64,000 nt of DNA from a candidate division WS6 bacterium OLB20 (GTDB lineage: Bacteria; Patescibacteriota; Dojkabacteria; B142; OLB20): assembly GCA_001567355.1 (NCBI GenBank), contig JYNZ01000001.1, positions 5,944 to 69,943 on the forward strand, read 5' to 3'. Position 1 is the first letter of the stretch. Every line of letters begins with the position of its first letter. The notes under the pieces were generated by a model. It had not been told where the DNA came from and ran no database searches. It saw only the letters and a program-made list of their open reading frames with translations. Of this stretch, positions 63,627 to 64,000 are shown piece after piece. A program made the position numbers and the translations under genes.

Positions 63627-64000
63627 TTATTCTTTCTCTTTGACAATCCCGCCCGCTCTGCTGACAAGGTCAGCCAGCTCTTCAAACTCGGTCGGTTTAA
63701 GATGAAACCGCATAAATCTGACAGACGGAATCCATACCTTGTAATGCTCAGGCCTGTCGCCTGCAATCCCCTGCTCGACTGAATAGACCACCTCTTTGCC
63801 GTTAAGGTCGGTCAGTTCCAGTTTACGCCTCGGAAACCGGGCCAGAAAGGTATTAATTAATGCTGCGACAACAACAAAAATCAGTACACTCGAAAAAAAT
63901 AACCAGAATAAATGTGGTAGTATCCGGGTACTGCACCGTAAGAAGTAATCCGAGCGTTACAAGAAACGAGGCAAGCATCAGAACTGCATACACGATATCA
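63627..64000 (-). CDS. membrane protein with bacterial PH-like C-terminal domain, partial (runs off window end), frameshifted at an A7 tract
   Basis: My own minus-strand translation gives DIVYAVLMLASFLVTLGLLLTVQYPD...FILVIFF, then, in another frame after the A7 run at about 63893-63899, SSVLIFVVVAALINTFLARFPRRKLELTDLNGKEVVYSVEQGIAGDRPEHYKVWIPSVRFMRFHLKPTEFEELADLVSRAGGIVKEKE*. Confidence 0.4.

Noticed and set aside
63294-63782. 162-aa plus-strand ORF near the window end.
   Set aside because: It is antisense to the AKR gene and to the bPH-like membrane protein gene, and its composition is Cys-rich.

Overview
The window is bacterial, and the gene content and compact operons suggest a reduced-genome lineage such as Candidate Phyla Radiation/Patescibacteria. 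This lineage call is an inference; no search was run.

The left third (1-18.7 kb) is housekeeping. It holds an ABC transporter, then a mevalonate-pathway operon whose first gene is an in-frame fusion of HMG-CoA reductase and archaeal-type HMG-CoA synthase. An archaeal-type thiolase and a DUF35 OB-fold partner follow. Next is a complete F-type ATP synthase operon (atpI-like, B, E, F, H, A, G, D, C) with an intrinsic terminator hairpin between atpE and atpF, and a delta subunit shortened to its C-terminal domain. A translationally coupled HAD hydrolase, an NhaP antiporter, a P-type ATPase, a J-domain protein, pterin-4a-carbinolamine dehydratase and dprA complete this part.

The middle is accessory DNA. 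Two families of MITE-like elements with terminal inverted repeats are present: a 2-copy family at 19.4 and 20.6 kb, and a 3-copy family at 24.8, 27.3 and 28.6 kb. Both families sit between small gene cassettes. The last copy abuts an AT-rich (judged by eye) defense island of about 13.5 kb (28.8-42.3 kb).

The island carries a zeta-like P-loop kinase, a DUF2188 protein and a Macro-domain protein. It also carries a co-directional Type I restriction-modification operon, hsdM-[PHP-domain/ABC-ATPase]-[PD-(D/E)xK protein]-hsdS-hsdR. A tightly packed tail of four genes follows hsdR: a membrane protein, a DCD/EVE-like PUA-fold protein, a HAD hydrolase and a small protein.

The right third contains paralogous hypothetical families, aldose-epimerase-like proteins, an Ldh_2 dehydrogenase, an SDR, a FecR protein, a CHASE2 adenylate cyclase, VOC, MazG-like, Kef-type antiporter and aldo/keto reductase genes.

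At least ten genes are split by a frameshift. Most frameshifts sit at short homopolymer runs, which suggests either assembly indel errors or phase variation and decay. No tRNA, rRNA or CRISPR array was seen.
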